Below are positions 8,870 through 17,377 of a DNA stretch of 31,535 nt, piece after piece. The stretch comes from an archaeon (lineage in GTDB: Archaea; Asgardarchaeota; Thorarchaeia; Thorarchaeales; Thorarchaeaceae). Position 1 is the first letter of the stretch. Each line of letters opens with the position of its first letter. The stretch lies in assembly GCA_024275415.1 (NCBI GenBank), contig JAJRZD010000018.1, forward strand, positions 1 through 31,535, read 5' to 3'. The translations under genes were made by a program, and so were the position numbers. The notes beneath the pieces were generated by a model. The model made no database searches, was not told the DNA's origin, and saw nothing but the letters and a program-made list of their open reading frames with translations.

Positions 8870-8884
8870 ATGTCCAGGTTTGTC
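8870..8884. repeat. Terminal inverted repeat, tnpA-proximal end (ATGTCCAGGTTTGTC)
   Basis: Exact reverse complement of 7809-7823. A TTATATAC TATA-like box lies just inside it on the minus strand (about 8859-8866). Confidence 0.9.
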
Positions 8885-9034
8885 AAGGATTCTTGCAACT
8901 CTGGCTCACCCGATGCGATTACATTCTTTGATAGCAGTGCAAATACCTTGTCATCTCATGTTCAGTAGTCAGCTCAACCAGATGACAGTGCGACCATTGT
9001 TTCAACGAGGGCTAGCGGTTCATTCGCTCCTGAA

Positions 9035-9598
9035 TCACTTGTACATTCGCTTCAGAATTACTTCCCGTGCAATTGCCTGAAATGCCCTCTTCACTCCGAC
9101 TCCTTGTAACGCGATCGTCTCATAGATAGGTACGTTGCTTCCAAGTCCAAGCAGGTCAAGCATCTCGTCACGTGACATCCTATTTGGCAGATCCCTCTTG
9201 TTGAGCATAACTACGATAGGAATGTTCCGCCCAAGATCGTCACCAAGAAACATCTTCAGCTCCTCGAAACTCTCCGTGTTCTCCTCTCGTTGATCAGGTG
9301 AGGAGTCCGCAACGAACAATATCCCATCTGTGCCCTGGAGTACCACCTTTCGTTGATGTTTGTGACGCTTCTGCCCAGCCACAGTGAAGACATCAAAGAG
9401 TACACGACCACCTGCGCTCATTGGAACATAGTCAAAAAATAGCGTGCGATTTGTTTCGTCCTCGATCGCCGTGAACTCGCCTTTTTGTAGTCCTTCGACC
9501 TTACCATAAAGCCATCGAAGTGCAGTAGTCTTACCACCTAACGAAGGGCCATAGAATACCAACTTCAAATGTATCCTGCCTTGATCATCCTTGCGCAT
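9035..9598 (-). CDS. mglA: MglA-family small GTPase
   Basis: KLVFYGPSLGGKTT (G1), RTLFFD (intrinsic Arg finger, switch I), FTVAGQ (G3), DGILFVADS, NKRD (G4) and GVGV; colinear with Myxococcus MglA. ATG 9598 follows GAGGTG; the ORF track starts at 9673. Confidence 0.93.
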   Translation of the reverse strand: MRKDDQGRIHLKLVFYGPSLGGKTTALRWLYGKVEGLQKGEFTAIEDETNRTLFFDYVPMSAGGRVLFDVFTVAGQKRHKHQRKVVLQGTDGILFVADSSPDQREENTESFEELKMFLGDDLGRNIPIVVMLNKRDLPNRMSRDEMLDLLGLGSNVPIYETIALQGVGVKRAFQAIAREVILKRMYK

Positions 9599-9741
9599 GT
9601 TGATGCACCTCTTCGAATCGCGATTAATATCGGTCCACAAGCTCGACACACAAGGAGCAGCGAGATGCTCCAAGCACCAGCCAAGTGGGGGAGGTTAAAT
9701 GAGATAGAAAGACAGTCTCATAAAAGCATTGCCTGAGCATA

Positions 9742-9763
9742 CACACCAATGGGAGTTGGTGTG
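9742..9763 (-). terminator. Hairpin downstream of the MglB-like gene (putative terminator or stabiliser)
   Basis: CACACCAA-(6 nt)-TTGGTGTG, a perfect 8-bp stem about 20 nt after the stop at 9785. Confidence 0.45.
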
Positions 9764-9784
9764 GAGAGGTGGTGGGAGCCATTC

Positions 9785-10246
9785 CTACACACGTTCGAGC
9801 TCTTCAAGAGCAGATTTGAGGTCTTCCTCATCGAGTTCGTCCTTCCCAGGCATGGGTTCGACAGCAAGGAACTTGTCAAGTTCTTCTGCGAGTTGAACTC
9901 CCTGTTTCTTCATCACCAGACGAATCATGCCGATGTTCACCTCTGCTTCGGACACGACGCAAAGCACACCTTTTCCGCAGGCGGATGCGAATATCTTGCC
10001 CCCTGAGAACTCGGAGGTGACGATTTCGAGTTCACCAATCTGCAGGTTCTTCCCTTGTTCTTCACTTGCACAAAACACGGCACTTGCAATCGCTCCGATA
10101 CTATCAGTGTCCACTACGAAGGCAGACAGCTTGCTTACGTTGGCTATTGTCAAGCCAGTTTTGTCCACTAGTATGCATTTTTTGACGCCTTTATCTTGGC
10201 GGATGATTTCGGTCAGAATCTTATCAAAGACCTTTGGCTCAGACAT
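9785..10246 (-). CDS. mglB: Roadblock/LC7 protein, MglB-like, with acidic C-terminal helix
   Basis: CILVDKTGLTI, DTDSIGAIASA and NIGMIRLVMKK, plus the tail DELDEEDLKSALEEL resembling Myxococcus MglB 'EITDDDIDNLF'; adjacent to mglA. Confidence 0.85.
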   Translation of the reverse strand: MSEPKVFDKILTEIIRQDKGVKKCILVDKTGLTIANVSKLSAFVVDTDSIGAIASAVFCASEEQGKNLQIGELEIVTSEFSGGKIFASACGKGVLCVVSEAEVNIGMIRLVMKKQGVQLAEELDKFLAVEPMPGKDELDEEDLKSALEELERV

Positions 10247-10261
10247 CTTGATTTGGCTCCT

Positions 10262-10582
10262 TCATTCATTGTTCTTTAGGACCACAAGGATGAGGCCCTC
10301 TTTTGGTTCTGGTGCGATGTTGATCTGGCCCTTCGAGGTGTCGAGGGTCAGGAACGACAGGTTTCCTTCCTTGAGTTCGCGCACGGCGTCCATGGCCTTG
10401 CCCACAAGAGAGGTAATGATAGCTGCGACGGATTCTGTGGTATCAGGGTCGATGTCACTGCTGAGAGGCAAACCTTCCATGGTAGTGACGACGACACCGC
10501 GGACACCTTCTTGTGCCCGTAGCCTCTGAAGAATGGCTTGGAGTTTTTCTTGACTTATCAAATTTGGGAATCCCCGCTGCAA
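10262..10582 (-). CDS. Minimal Roadblock/LC7 domain protein
   Basis: [26 protein letters not shown] and [15 protein letters not shown]. The real start may be TTG 10561. It ends 15 bp before the MglB-like gene. Confidence 0.88.
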   Translation of the reverse strand: MQRGFPNLISQEKLQAILQRLRAQEGVRGVVVTTMEGLPLSSDIDPDTTESVAAIITSLVGKAMDAVRELKEGNLSFLTLDTSKGQINIAPEPKEGLILVVLKNNE

Positions 10583-10713
10583 TCTTGTGCAATTCGCAAT
10601 GAATACCTCTCGTCGGAGTATTTTAGAGTTACGGATATGAATTCCGTTTTACTAATAGTTTTTGCGCATTCTGATATACTCTTGTATTCCTACAATAAGA
10701 CAGGGGTCTGATG

Positions 10714-10745
10714 AAAAAAGAGGGAGCGACGTAGTCCATCGCTCC
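10714..10745 (-). terminator. Hairpin plus U-tract terminator after the zinc finger-vWA gene
   Basis: Minus strand GGAGCGA-(9 nt)-TCGCTCC followed by CTCTTTTTT, starting 12 nt after the stop at 10758. Confidence 0.65.
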
Positions 10746-10757
10746 TTGAGAGGATTG

Positions 10758-12383
10758 TTATTCCTCTTCGTCTTCCTTGAACATCTCTTTCGAGCTCTTG
10801 CGCATCTGGGCGAATCCTGCTGTGTATGCCTCGTCAGCGGCTGCAGATGGCGCCATCGAGGATCCACCTGCGACCATCTCCTCCATCCGTTCGAGTTCTT
10901 CCTCCTCGGCTTCAAGTGCCTCCTCGACCTTCTCGTACTGTGCCTGATTGGCCATGGGTGCACTTTTAGCGCGGAATCTCAATGCAGACCTGAAGGCAGC
11001 AATTCGTTTTTTGCCCTTCTTCCTGTCGCCAGAGAATGACTCTTCGCCTGCCTTCTGGGTGACGTAGGTAGCTCCAAGGGTCGGGTCAAGGGTCTCCAGC
11101 ACCTCGCTCTCCTTCTTTGTTACCTTGAGGCGTGCAGTGACTGCCCTGACCCTACGAGAGCCTTCCTCATCCGTGTACTCGACCTGCACCTGAATGGGCA
11201 CCTCGGAGTCTTTGATTTCGCTCTCTGGTACCACCTCGAAATAGAGTTCGTGATTCTCACCGACTACGCCAATCTTGCTCTCCTTGTTCTTTGTCAGCTC
11301 GTCGATGACGGCTCGGGAAACCCCAGAAGCATCTTTGACCTTCACACCTTGTGGTGTGATGATCTTGACTTGGACATCCCGACCGAGAAGGCGAGATCCT
11401 GCGAGTTCGGAGATGCTCTTATCGAGTTCGTTAGGTGTCACATAGAACATATTACCGCCCGTCGCTTCGGGTAAAAGGCCTAGTGTCTTTAGTTCCATGC
11501 CCGCACCAGACGCGATACCGACGACATCGACTGCAGTTCCGATATCCATAAAGGCCTTGCCCAGTTGTTCATAGAACTGACTAGCAGGGGTCACTTGATA
11601 TCCTTCCAACGCCCCAATCCCTTCGTTTGCAAGCCCATCCGTAAGTAACACGACTCGTCCGACATTGCGATGCTTTGCAATCACGGATGCCATCGCCACG
11701 GCAGGGCCGAGGGCAGTGCCACCCTGATCCATCAACGATCGCACATATGACTTGAGTTTGTCAGAGTTCTTCCCTACTTGGACAAGCTTGACCTTGTCCA
11801 ACAGGCGTTTTGTTTCTTCCACTATCCGTTCGTAGCTGGAAAAAGCCTCATATGGGAGCTGTATTGCATTCCCAGATTCCAAGTCCCGATAGACGACACT
11901 ACTCTCGAACTCAATGAGTCCAAAGAAGGTGTCAGGGGAGTTTGCTGCAAGGCTGTCGATTGAGGTGTTCAGGCTCCGTTTGACAGCAGCTAGGTTCTCA
12001 CCTGCCATGGAACCAGACACGTCGATAAGCGCGAGGAATGCTTGACCCCCCACCGGAATCGTACTGGTTTCAGAATCTGTCGTTTGCGGGGGTTGTTCGA
12101 TAACGAAATCTGTGTCATCACCAGCAACGATGACCTCTCCTGTGATGACGTTCAAAGTCCCACAGAACGCGCATATGAAATGGCGTCCAATTTTTTCATC
12201 CTCCTTGACCTGATCAGCACTGATGAGGAACCCGCCACATTTCTGACACACGATGGGTTTCCCAACTATCTTTGCGGTGTCACTGGCAAGTTCACCAAAT
12301 TCCACTCTCAGGACATAAGGTATATCGCTCATTATCTTCTTGGATGCTGGAAAAGATTCAGAGCTGGTTCGTAGCATAGGCAT
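10758..12383 (-). CDS. Sec23/Sec24-like protein (zinc finger + vWA/trunk + beta-sandwich + helical tail)
   Basis: CQKC...FICAFCGTLN zinc finger; vWA motifs ALIDVSGSM, GGTALGPA and VVLLTDGLANEGIG; IQVQVEYTDEEGSRRVRAVT resembles Sec24 'QxALLYTxxxGERRIRVxT'. GGAGGT RBS before ATG 12383; alternative start 12332. Confidence 0.75.
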   Translation of the reverse strand: MPMLRTSSESFPASKKIMSDIPYVLRVEFGELASDTAKIVGKPIVCQKCGGFLISADQVKEDEKIGRHFICAFCGTLNVITGEVIVAGDDTDFVIEQPPQTTDSETSTIPVGGQAFLALIDVSGSMAGENLAAVKRSLNTSIDSLAANSPDTFFGLIEFESSVVYRDLESGNAIQLPYEAFSSYERIVEETKRLLDKVKLVQVGKNSDKLKSYVRSLMDQGGTALGPAVAMASVIAKHRNVGRVVLLTDGLANEGIGALEGYQVTPASQFYEQLGKAFMDIGTAVDVVGIASGAGMELKTLGLLPEATGGNMFYVTPNELDKSISELAGSRLLGRDVQVKIITPQGVKVKDASGVSRAVIDELTKNKESKIGVVGENHELYFEVVPESEIKDSEVPIQVQVEYTDEEGSRRVRAVTARLKVTKKESEVLETLDPTLGATYVTQKAGEESFSGDRKKGKKRIAAFRSALRFRAKSAPMANQAQYEKVEEALEAEEEELERMEEMVAGGSSMAPSAAADEAYTAGFAQMRKSSKEMFKEDEEE

Positions 12384-12422
12384 CCACTAATACCTCCAAA
12401 ATAATAGAGGCTCATTGATTTG

Positions 12423-12478
12423 AAAGGTATTAAGTGGTTCGACGACGAAGTTGACCATGTCATAGAGGAATATTTAAG
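12423..12478. promoter_or_regulatory. Back-to-back TATA boxes for the divergent vWA and roadblock genes
   Basis: CTTAATAC on the minus strand (about 12426-12433) and TATTTAAG on the plus strand (12471-12478), each about 45 nt from its start codon. Confidence 0.45.
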
Positions 12479-12525
12479 CCAGTCAGGAGTATGTGTGAAA
12501 AAGGGACCTCTAAAGGTGATGGGAA

Positions 12526-12891
12526 ATGGTTGACAAGGCGAAAATCGAACAGATAGTAAGCGAAACTATGGGTGCTAACGCAGAGATTCAGGGAATCGTC
12601 GTATGTGATGCCAAGGGGAAAGTCATCTTTGGCCACACTATATCCGACGGAGTCAATCAGGACGATATTGCCAAGCTGATAGTGAAGATTTCTGTGAACT
12701 CCTCCCAGTTGGTCGCAGGAATAGACATGGGAGGGCTGAAGGAAATGACCATCGCCGCTGAGCAGGGGTATGTCTTCATTCTTGGAGATGTCAAGATGAT
12801 TCTTGCAGGGCTAGCAGGAGAAGGAGCTAGGGAACAGGCTGGTCTTATCCGAATGGCGCTAAAACGCGCTCTGGTTTCCATGTTGGAATAG
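12526..12891 (+). CDS. Roadblock/LC7-like domain protein
   Basis: IQGIVVCDAKGKVI, LKEMTIAAEQGYVFI and AGLIRMALKRAL give the helix-beta-beta-helix-beta-beta-beta-helix Roadblock pattern; followed by a T6 tract near 12918-12923. Confidence 0.8.
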   Translation: MVDKAKIEQIVSETMGANAEIQGIVVCDAKGKVIFGHTISDGVNQDDIAKLIVKISVNSSQLVAGIDMGGLKEMTIAAEQGYVFILGDVKMILAGLAGEGAREQAGLIRMALKRALVSMLE

Positions 12892-13075
12892 ACAAAAAGA
12901 GTACCTAAGAGCTAGGCTTTTTTAGCCTTCGAGAATACATCCACAACACTGGGAGATATATCCAGATATTATCACGGTATTACGACCGTCATACCAACGG
13001 TATTTAGGTACATGTATCCCCCAGATATGACAGGCATGCCGTATGCTATTATTTGACTGAATGGAAGGATGAATC

Positions 13076-15178
13076 TTGGTCCATATTGAGAAGCTAGTCT
13101 GCAAGGGCTTCAAATCGTTTGGACGGGATTCTGTAACTATCAGGATGAATAGGGGATTCACATGCATCGTCGGGCCTAATGGCTCTGGGAAGTCCAATGT
13201 CATAGACGCGATACTCTTCGTCTTGGGGCAGCTCAGCGCAAAGACACTCAGGGCCAATGTATTCTCAGACCTTCTGTACTCGCCACCGAAGCCCGATATG
13301 CCGCCAAAAGCAAAGACCGCCGTTGTAGAATTGCATTTCAATAACAAGGACAGGAAGCTCCAAGTAGATGCAGACAAGGTGGTCATTGAGCGCCAGCTGG
13401 ATGATTCTGGGAAATCTACATGCAGGATAAACGGGAGGGTCGTGACACGGCAGGCGGTCCTTGATGTCCTCGGGAGCATCGGAGTAGATCCAAATGGATA
13501 CAATCTGGTGCTTCAGGGCGAGATTGCCCAAATGGTCAAAGTAAGTCCTAATGATAGGCGAAAACTCATCGAGGAGATTGCAGGAATATCAGCATACGAT
13601 GAGCAGAAAGAGCGCGCCCTTAAAAAACTCGCAGAAAGCGAAACGAACCTCGGGAAGGTAGAAACCCAGCTTATCGAGCGTAGGCGCCAATTAGAAAAAC
13701 TGGAGTTGGAGAGAGAGGATGCTATCCGGTTCATGGATGCGAAAAATGAGATCCAGCGAATCGAGATAGATCGGCTTGCGTGGACCATAATCAAGGGGCG
13801 TAACAGGATTGCTGTCATCAATGAAACTCTTGCAGAACGAGCCGAAGAGGCTGAGAGGCTTGTGCGCGAGCTTGAGGAAGTCGAACATAAGCAAGGGGAA
13901 GTTGAGTTCGAGATTGAGAGCATTGATGCAGAAATAGATCGGATTACAGGAGGCGACTCCGCGAGGATATCTGAGAAATATGGACAAGCATTGGCTGCTG
14001 TCAGTCACCTCGAAGGAGAACTCGACCGTGCACGAAATGAGCTTGAGAAGTATCTCCGACAGAAAGAGGAGATTATTGAGGAAACAAAACTTGTACAGAG
14101 TCAAATATCCAGTGCTAAGGAGAAAATAGCCTCCAAGGAAAACGAGTTGGTCGATCTCGACAAAGAAATAGAGGAGTGCCAGCATCAGATCCAGAGGATG
14201 GAAGAACGGTTTGAGAAAGAGCAATCCAACTATTATGAGAATGCTCAGCGATTGCAAGAACTGAACAACCAGATGGTTGCATTGGACGAGGGTGTTTCTG
14301 AAATTCGGTCATCTATCAAATCAGATGGTAGAGAACTGGGACTAGCATATGAGGAACTTCAAGATTCTCAGCGTTCTCTTGAAGAATCCCAAGAGGAACT
14401 CGAAGAACTCAAAATTCTGTTGCCTGAAAGAAAACAACAGCTTGAGGAGAACATCAAACTTGAGGAAACCAAGCGAGCTGAACTGGAGGAGCTCAAGGCG
14501 CGTCAGGAACGTATCGACAAGGAGGCGGATGAGGCAGCACGTATAGTCAGCGAAACAAGAGAAGAATTGATCAGGATACAGGCAAGGCAAGACGCACTGA
14601 AGGATGCAGAAGAGGCATTCCTGAAAAGAAGGAGGGCAATCTCGAGAATCCTTAAACTCCGAGACGCAGGTGAAATCGAGGGAATTCATGGTACTGTGGC
14701 AGAACTTGGCAAAATCGACCCAGAGTATATCACAGCGATGGAGGTCGCTGGAGGAAACCGACTTTCGCACATCGTTGTTGATGACGAGACTGTAGCCACA
14801 CAATGTATCAATGTGCTCAAGAGGGAACGAGTCGGCAGGGCATCATTCATCCCGCTAAACAAAATCAAATCACGGACACCGGGCAAGCTCCCGGCAGATA
14901 TGAGAGTGCTCGGCTTCGCGATAGACTTGGTCGAGTTTGACCAGAGATTCCAGCCAGCATTTCAATATGTGTTCCAAGACACTGTGATAACTGAGGACTT
15001 TGACACCGCAAAACGGATTGGGTTTAGCAAGTACAGAGCGGTGTCTCTTGAAGGCGATCTTGTAGAACGTACTGGGCTCGTTACTGGGGGACATTTCCAG
15101 AGATCTGGTGCAGGCCTCTCACTTCAAGTGGAAGATAAAAGTCCAGATGTTGCACGACGTTTACAGGGCTTGGAATAA
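13076..15178 (+). CDS. smc: SMC chromosome segregation protein, N-terminal part (head, coiled coil, hinge), ended by an in-frame TAA
   Basis: GFKSFG, Walker A GPNGSGKSN, VLQGEI; hinge GIHGTVAEL, RASFIPLNKI and GDLVERTGLVTGG. The frame continues past TAA 15176-15178 into the next ORF. Confidence 0.93.
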   Translation: MVHIEKLVCKGFKSFGRDSVTIRMNRGFTCIVGPNGSGKSNVIDAILFVLGQLSAKTLRANVFSDLLYSPPKPDMPPKAKTAVVELHFNNKDRKLQVDADKVVIERQLDDSGKSTCRINGRVVTRQAVLDVLGSIGVDPNGYNLVLQGEIAQMVKVSPNDRRKLIEEIAGISAYDEQKERALKKLAESETNLGKVETQLIERRRQLEKLELEREDAIRFMDAKNEIQRIEIDRLAWTIIKGRNRIAVINETLAERAEEAERLVRELEEVEHKQGEVEFEIESIDAEIDRITGGDSARISEKYGQALAAVSHLEGELDRARNELEKYLRQKEEIIEETKLVQSQISSAKEKIASKENELVDLDKEIEECQHQIQRMEERFEKEQSNYYENAQRLQELNNQMVALDEGVSEIRSSIKSDGRELGLAYEELQDSQRSLEESQEELEELKILLPERKQQLEENIKLEETKRAELEELKARQERIDKEADEAARIVSETREELIRIQARQDALKDAEEAFLKRRRAISRILKLRDAGEIEGIHGTVAELGKIDPEYITAMEVAGGNRLSHIVVDDETVATQCINVLKRERVGRASFIPLNKIKSRTPGKLPADMRVLGFAIDLVEFDQRFQPAFQYVFQDTVITEDFDTAKRIGFSKYRAVSLEGDLVERTGLVTGGHFQRSGAGLSLQVEDKSPDVARRLQGLE

Positions 15179-15286
15179 ATCCTAGCTGATGTTAGGGAGC
15201 AGCAAGAGGATATCAGGAACAGACGAAAAAGCATTGAGAGGGAGATAGAAAGACTCTCACAGATCAATTACAGAGATCAACTAGAG

Positions 15287-16666
15287 GTGGAACATCTTCA
15301 AGAGAAATACGATGACAAGATTGCGCGAGTCCAGACACTCACTGAGAAGATTGATACTGCACGAAAAACAATCGAAGCACTCGAAGTGCAGGTGAAAGAG
15401 CTTCGCGAAAGAGATAGAGAAATCAGTGAGCAACGAGAGGCTGTTAGAGCCCTTCGTGACGCGGCGAACGAGGCACTTGCCGTTTCGGATGCCAGCAAGA
15501 TCAATCAGGAGATAAAGGATCTGAAAGAAGTGGTTGAGCATCAAAAACGCAAACGAGAAACACTAACAGGTGAACTCACAGGATTAAGGGTCGCACTTGA
15601 AGAGAGACTCGTTCCTAAATCTACAGAGCTTGAGATGCGGTATCAATCGCTGCTTACCATCCTTCCAAGTCAAGAAGAGGAAGTCAAGAGGCTCGAAGAT
15701 GAATTCAATGAGAGGAAGGAGAGCCTTGAATCCCTTAAGATGAAGAGGGATGAGATAGAGGACGAGGTCAAGGACAAACGCGTCCGGCAGATCCAACTCA
15801 AGGAGGAATTCAGAAATCTTCGTTTGCGCCACGAGGAGATTCGTGAGAAACAAACGGCAAATGAGAAGTCGGTATATCGTTTACAGACAGAGCAATCACG
15901 TCTCGAAACAGACCTTGTTGCATTCATGGCACAGTTGTCATCGATGGCTGATGCCGAGGAGGAACTTGCAAATCGTGAGAACCGTGAGGAGCTGACGTAC
16001 AGGCAAATCGAGAAGCTTGAAGAGAAAATCAAGGAGTTAGAGCGAGAACAGGAAGCGATTGGTGCTGTCAATCTCAAGTCACTTGAGGATTATGATATAG
16101 AGAGGGGCAAGTACGACGAGATCGTGGATAAAAAGACCAGACTAGAGGAGGAACACAAGGAGATTCTTGCATTCATGGAAGAACTTGAGGCCGAGAAGAC
16201 AAAGAAATTCCTTGAGGTGTATAACGAGATTGCGGATAACTTCTCAAAGGTCTTTGCAAAATTGTCGCCAGGCGGAGAAGCAACCCTGATGCTTGAGAAT
16301 CCCGAGCATCCACTGATGGGTGGCATCACGGTGAGGTCAAAACCAAGAGGGAAAGAACTCGTCAGCTTGGATGCGATGAGTGGAGGCGAAAAGACCCTTA
16401 CAGGTCTTGCACTGATCTTCGCTATCCAAATGCATAGTCCAGCAAGTTTCTATGTCTTTGATGAGATTGATGCGGCATTAGATGATGTGAACGCACACAA
16501 TGTTGCTAACCTAATCTCAGAGTTGTCAAAATCGTCCCAATTCATAGTCGTTTCTCTCAGACAGCCCACGTTCAGGAAAGCAGACCTCCTTCTAGGAGTG
16601 TCAAGTCATGATGGACTCTCTAAGATTCTGTCCGTTGATCTGGAGGAGGTTGCAGAGGCGACATGA
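15287..16666 (+). CDS. smc: SMC C-terminal part (coiled coil and C-head); same reading frame as the N-terminal part
   Basis: GAVNLKSLEDY, signature MSGGEKT and Walker B/D-loop VFDEIDAALD. The gap 15179-15286 is 108 nt of open coiled-coil-like sequence, so 13076-16666 is one ~1196-codon gene with one stop. Confidence 0.9.
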   Translation: MEHLQEKYDDKIARVQTLTEKIDTARKTIEALEVQVKELRERDREISEQREAVRALRDAANEALAVSDASKINQEIKDLKEVVEHQKRKRETLTGELTGLRVALEERLVPKSTELEMRYQSLLTILPSQEEEVKRLEDEFNERKESLESLKMKRDEIEDEVKDKRVRQIQLKEEFRNLRLRHEEIREKQTANEKSVYRLQTEQSRLETDLVAFMAQLSSMADAEEELANRENREELTYRQIEKLEEKIKELEREQEAIGAVNLKSLEDYDIERGKYDEIVDKKTRLEEEHKEILAFMEELEAEKTKKFLEVYNEIADNFSKVFAKLSPGGEATLMLENPEHPLMGGITVRSKPRGKELVSLDAMSGGEKTLTGLALIFAIQMHSPASFYVFDEIDAALDDVNAHNVANLISELSKSSQFIVVSLRQPTFRKADLLLGVSSHDGLSKILSVDLEEVAEAT

Positions 16667-17373
16667 CGGACGAGGGCTCACCATTCTGGGCAACTCCCCC
16701 ATACATCTTGATGACGGATGTGCTTCAGCTCGATAAGATAGAGCCATGGAATGTTGATGTAGGAAAACTCGTAGCAGCATTTTTGCGTGAGATGAAACGT
16801 ATCGGAGATGTTGATTTCAGGATCTCGGGCAATGCATTATATTCGGCTTCGGTCATCTTCATGAAAAAGACGAGAGAACTTGTAGAATATGGAATTCTCC
16901 CACCAGAAGAAGAGGAGGAGGATGACGAGATTGAGGTTCCAATGATCCATCCTCCCTTCAGGCTTACAAATAGGCGTGTCACATTACAGGAACTCCTCAT
17001 CGCAATGGACAGGGTACTGAGCAAGGGCGTCAGGTCAAGGGCACGACCATCAAGACGAAAAATGCGTTCGAAAGTCGACCCACTTACTTTCAAGATGGAG
17101 GTCGATAAAGCAGATGTCGAGGAAAATATTGGAGAGGTTCTTGAGGATCTCCGGCAGCTGATAGGAGTGGGCGAAATCGTAAAGTTCACAGATGTCCTAA
17201 TGAATCGTACCAGAAAGGAGATTGTCAGGGTGTTCTTCGCATTGTTGCACTTGTATGCGCGGAGGTTCATTGATATCTGGGAAGATGAGGAGGGAGTCAT
17301 CCAAGTCCAGCTTTTGGAGCCTCCAGCTATTGAAGAGGAAGACAATGCTCCTAAGGTGCAGGTGGAGCTGTAA
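16663..17373 (+). CDS. scpA: Segregation and condensation protein A (kleisin)
   Basis: IEPWNVDVGKL, FRISGNALYSAS, RRVTLQELL and C-terminal VRVFFALLHL; ATGA overlap with the smc stop. Confidence 0.9.
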   Translation: MTDEGSPFWATPPYILMTDVLQLDKIEPWNVDVGKLVAAFLREMKRIGDVDFRISGNALYSASVIFMKKTRELVEYGILPPEEEEEDDEIEVPMIHPPFRLTNRRVTLQELLIAMDRVLSKGVRSRARPSRRKMRSKVDPLTFKMEVDKADVEENIGEVLEDLRQLIGVGEIVKFTDVLMNRTRKEIVRVFFALLHLYARRFIDIWEDEEGVIQVQLLEPPAIEEEDNAPKVQVEL

Positions 17374-17377
17374 TAAT

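Larger units (their letters stand above)
7809..8884 (-). mobile_element. IS607-family (serine transposase + TnpB) element, internally deleted and non-autonomous
   Basis: Contains a tnpA HTH fragment, a tnpA DRLxRF fragment and the 3' part of tnpB. It is visibly GC-richer than its flanks and bounded by 15-bp perfect inverted repeats. Confidence 0.85.

Noticed and set aside
9599-9673. N-terminal extension of the mglA ORF
   Set aside because: Homology begins near MRKDD and GAGGTG precedes ATG 9598.
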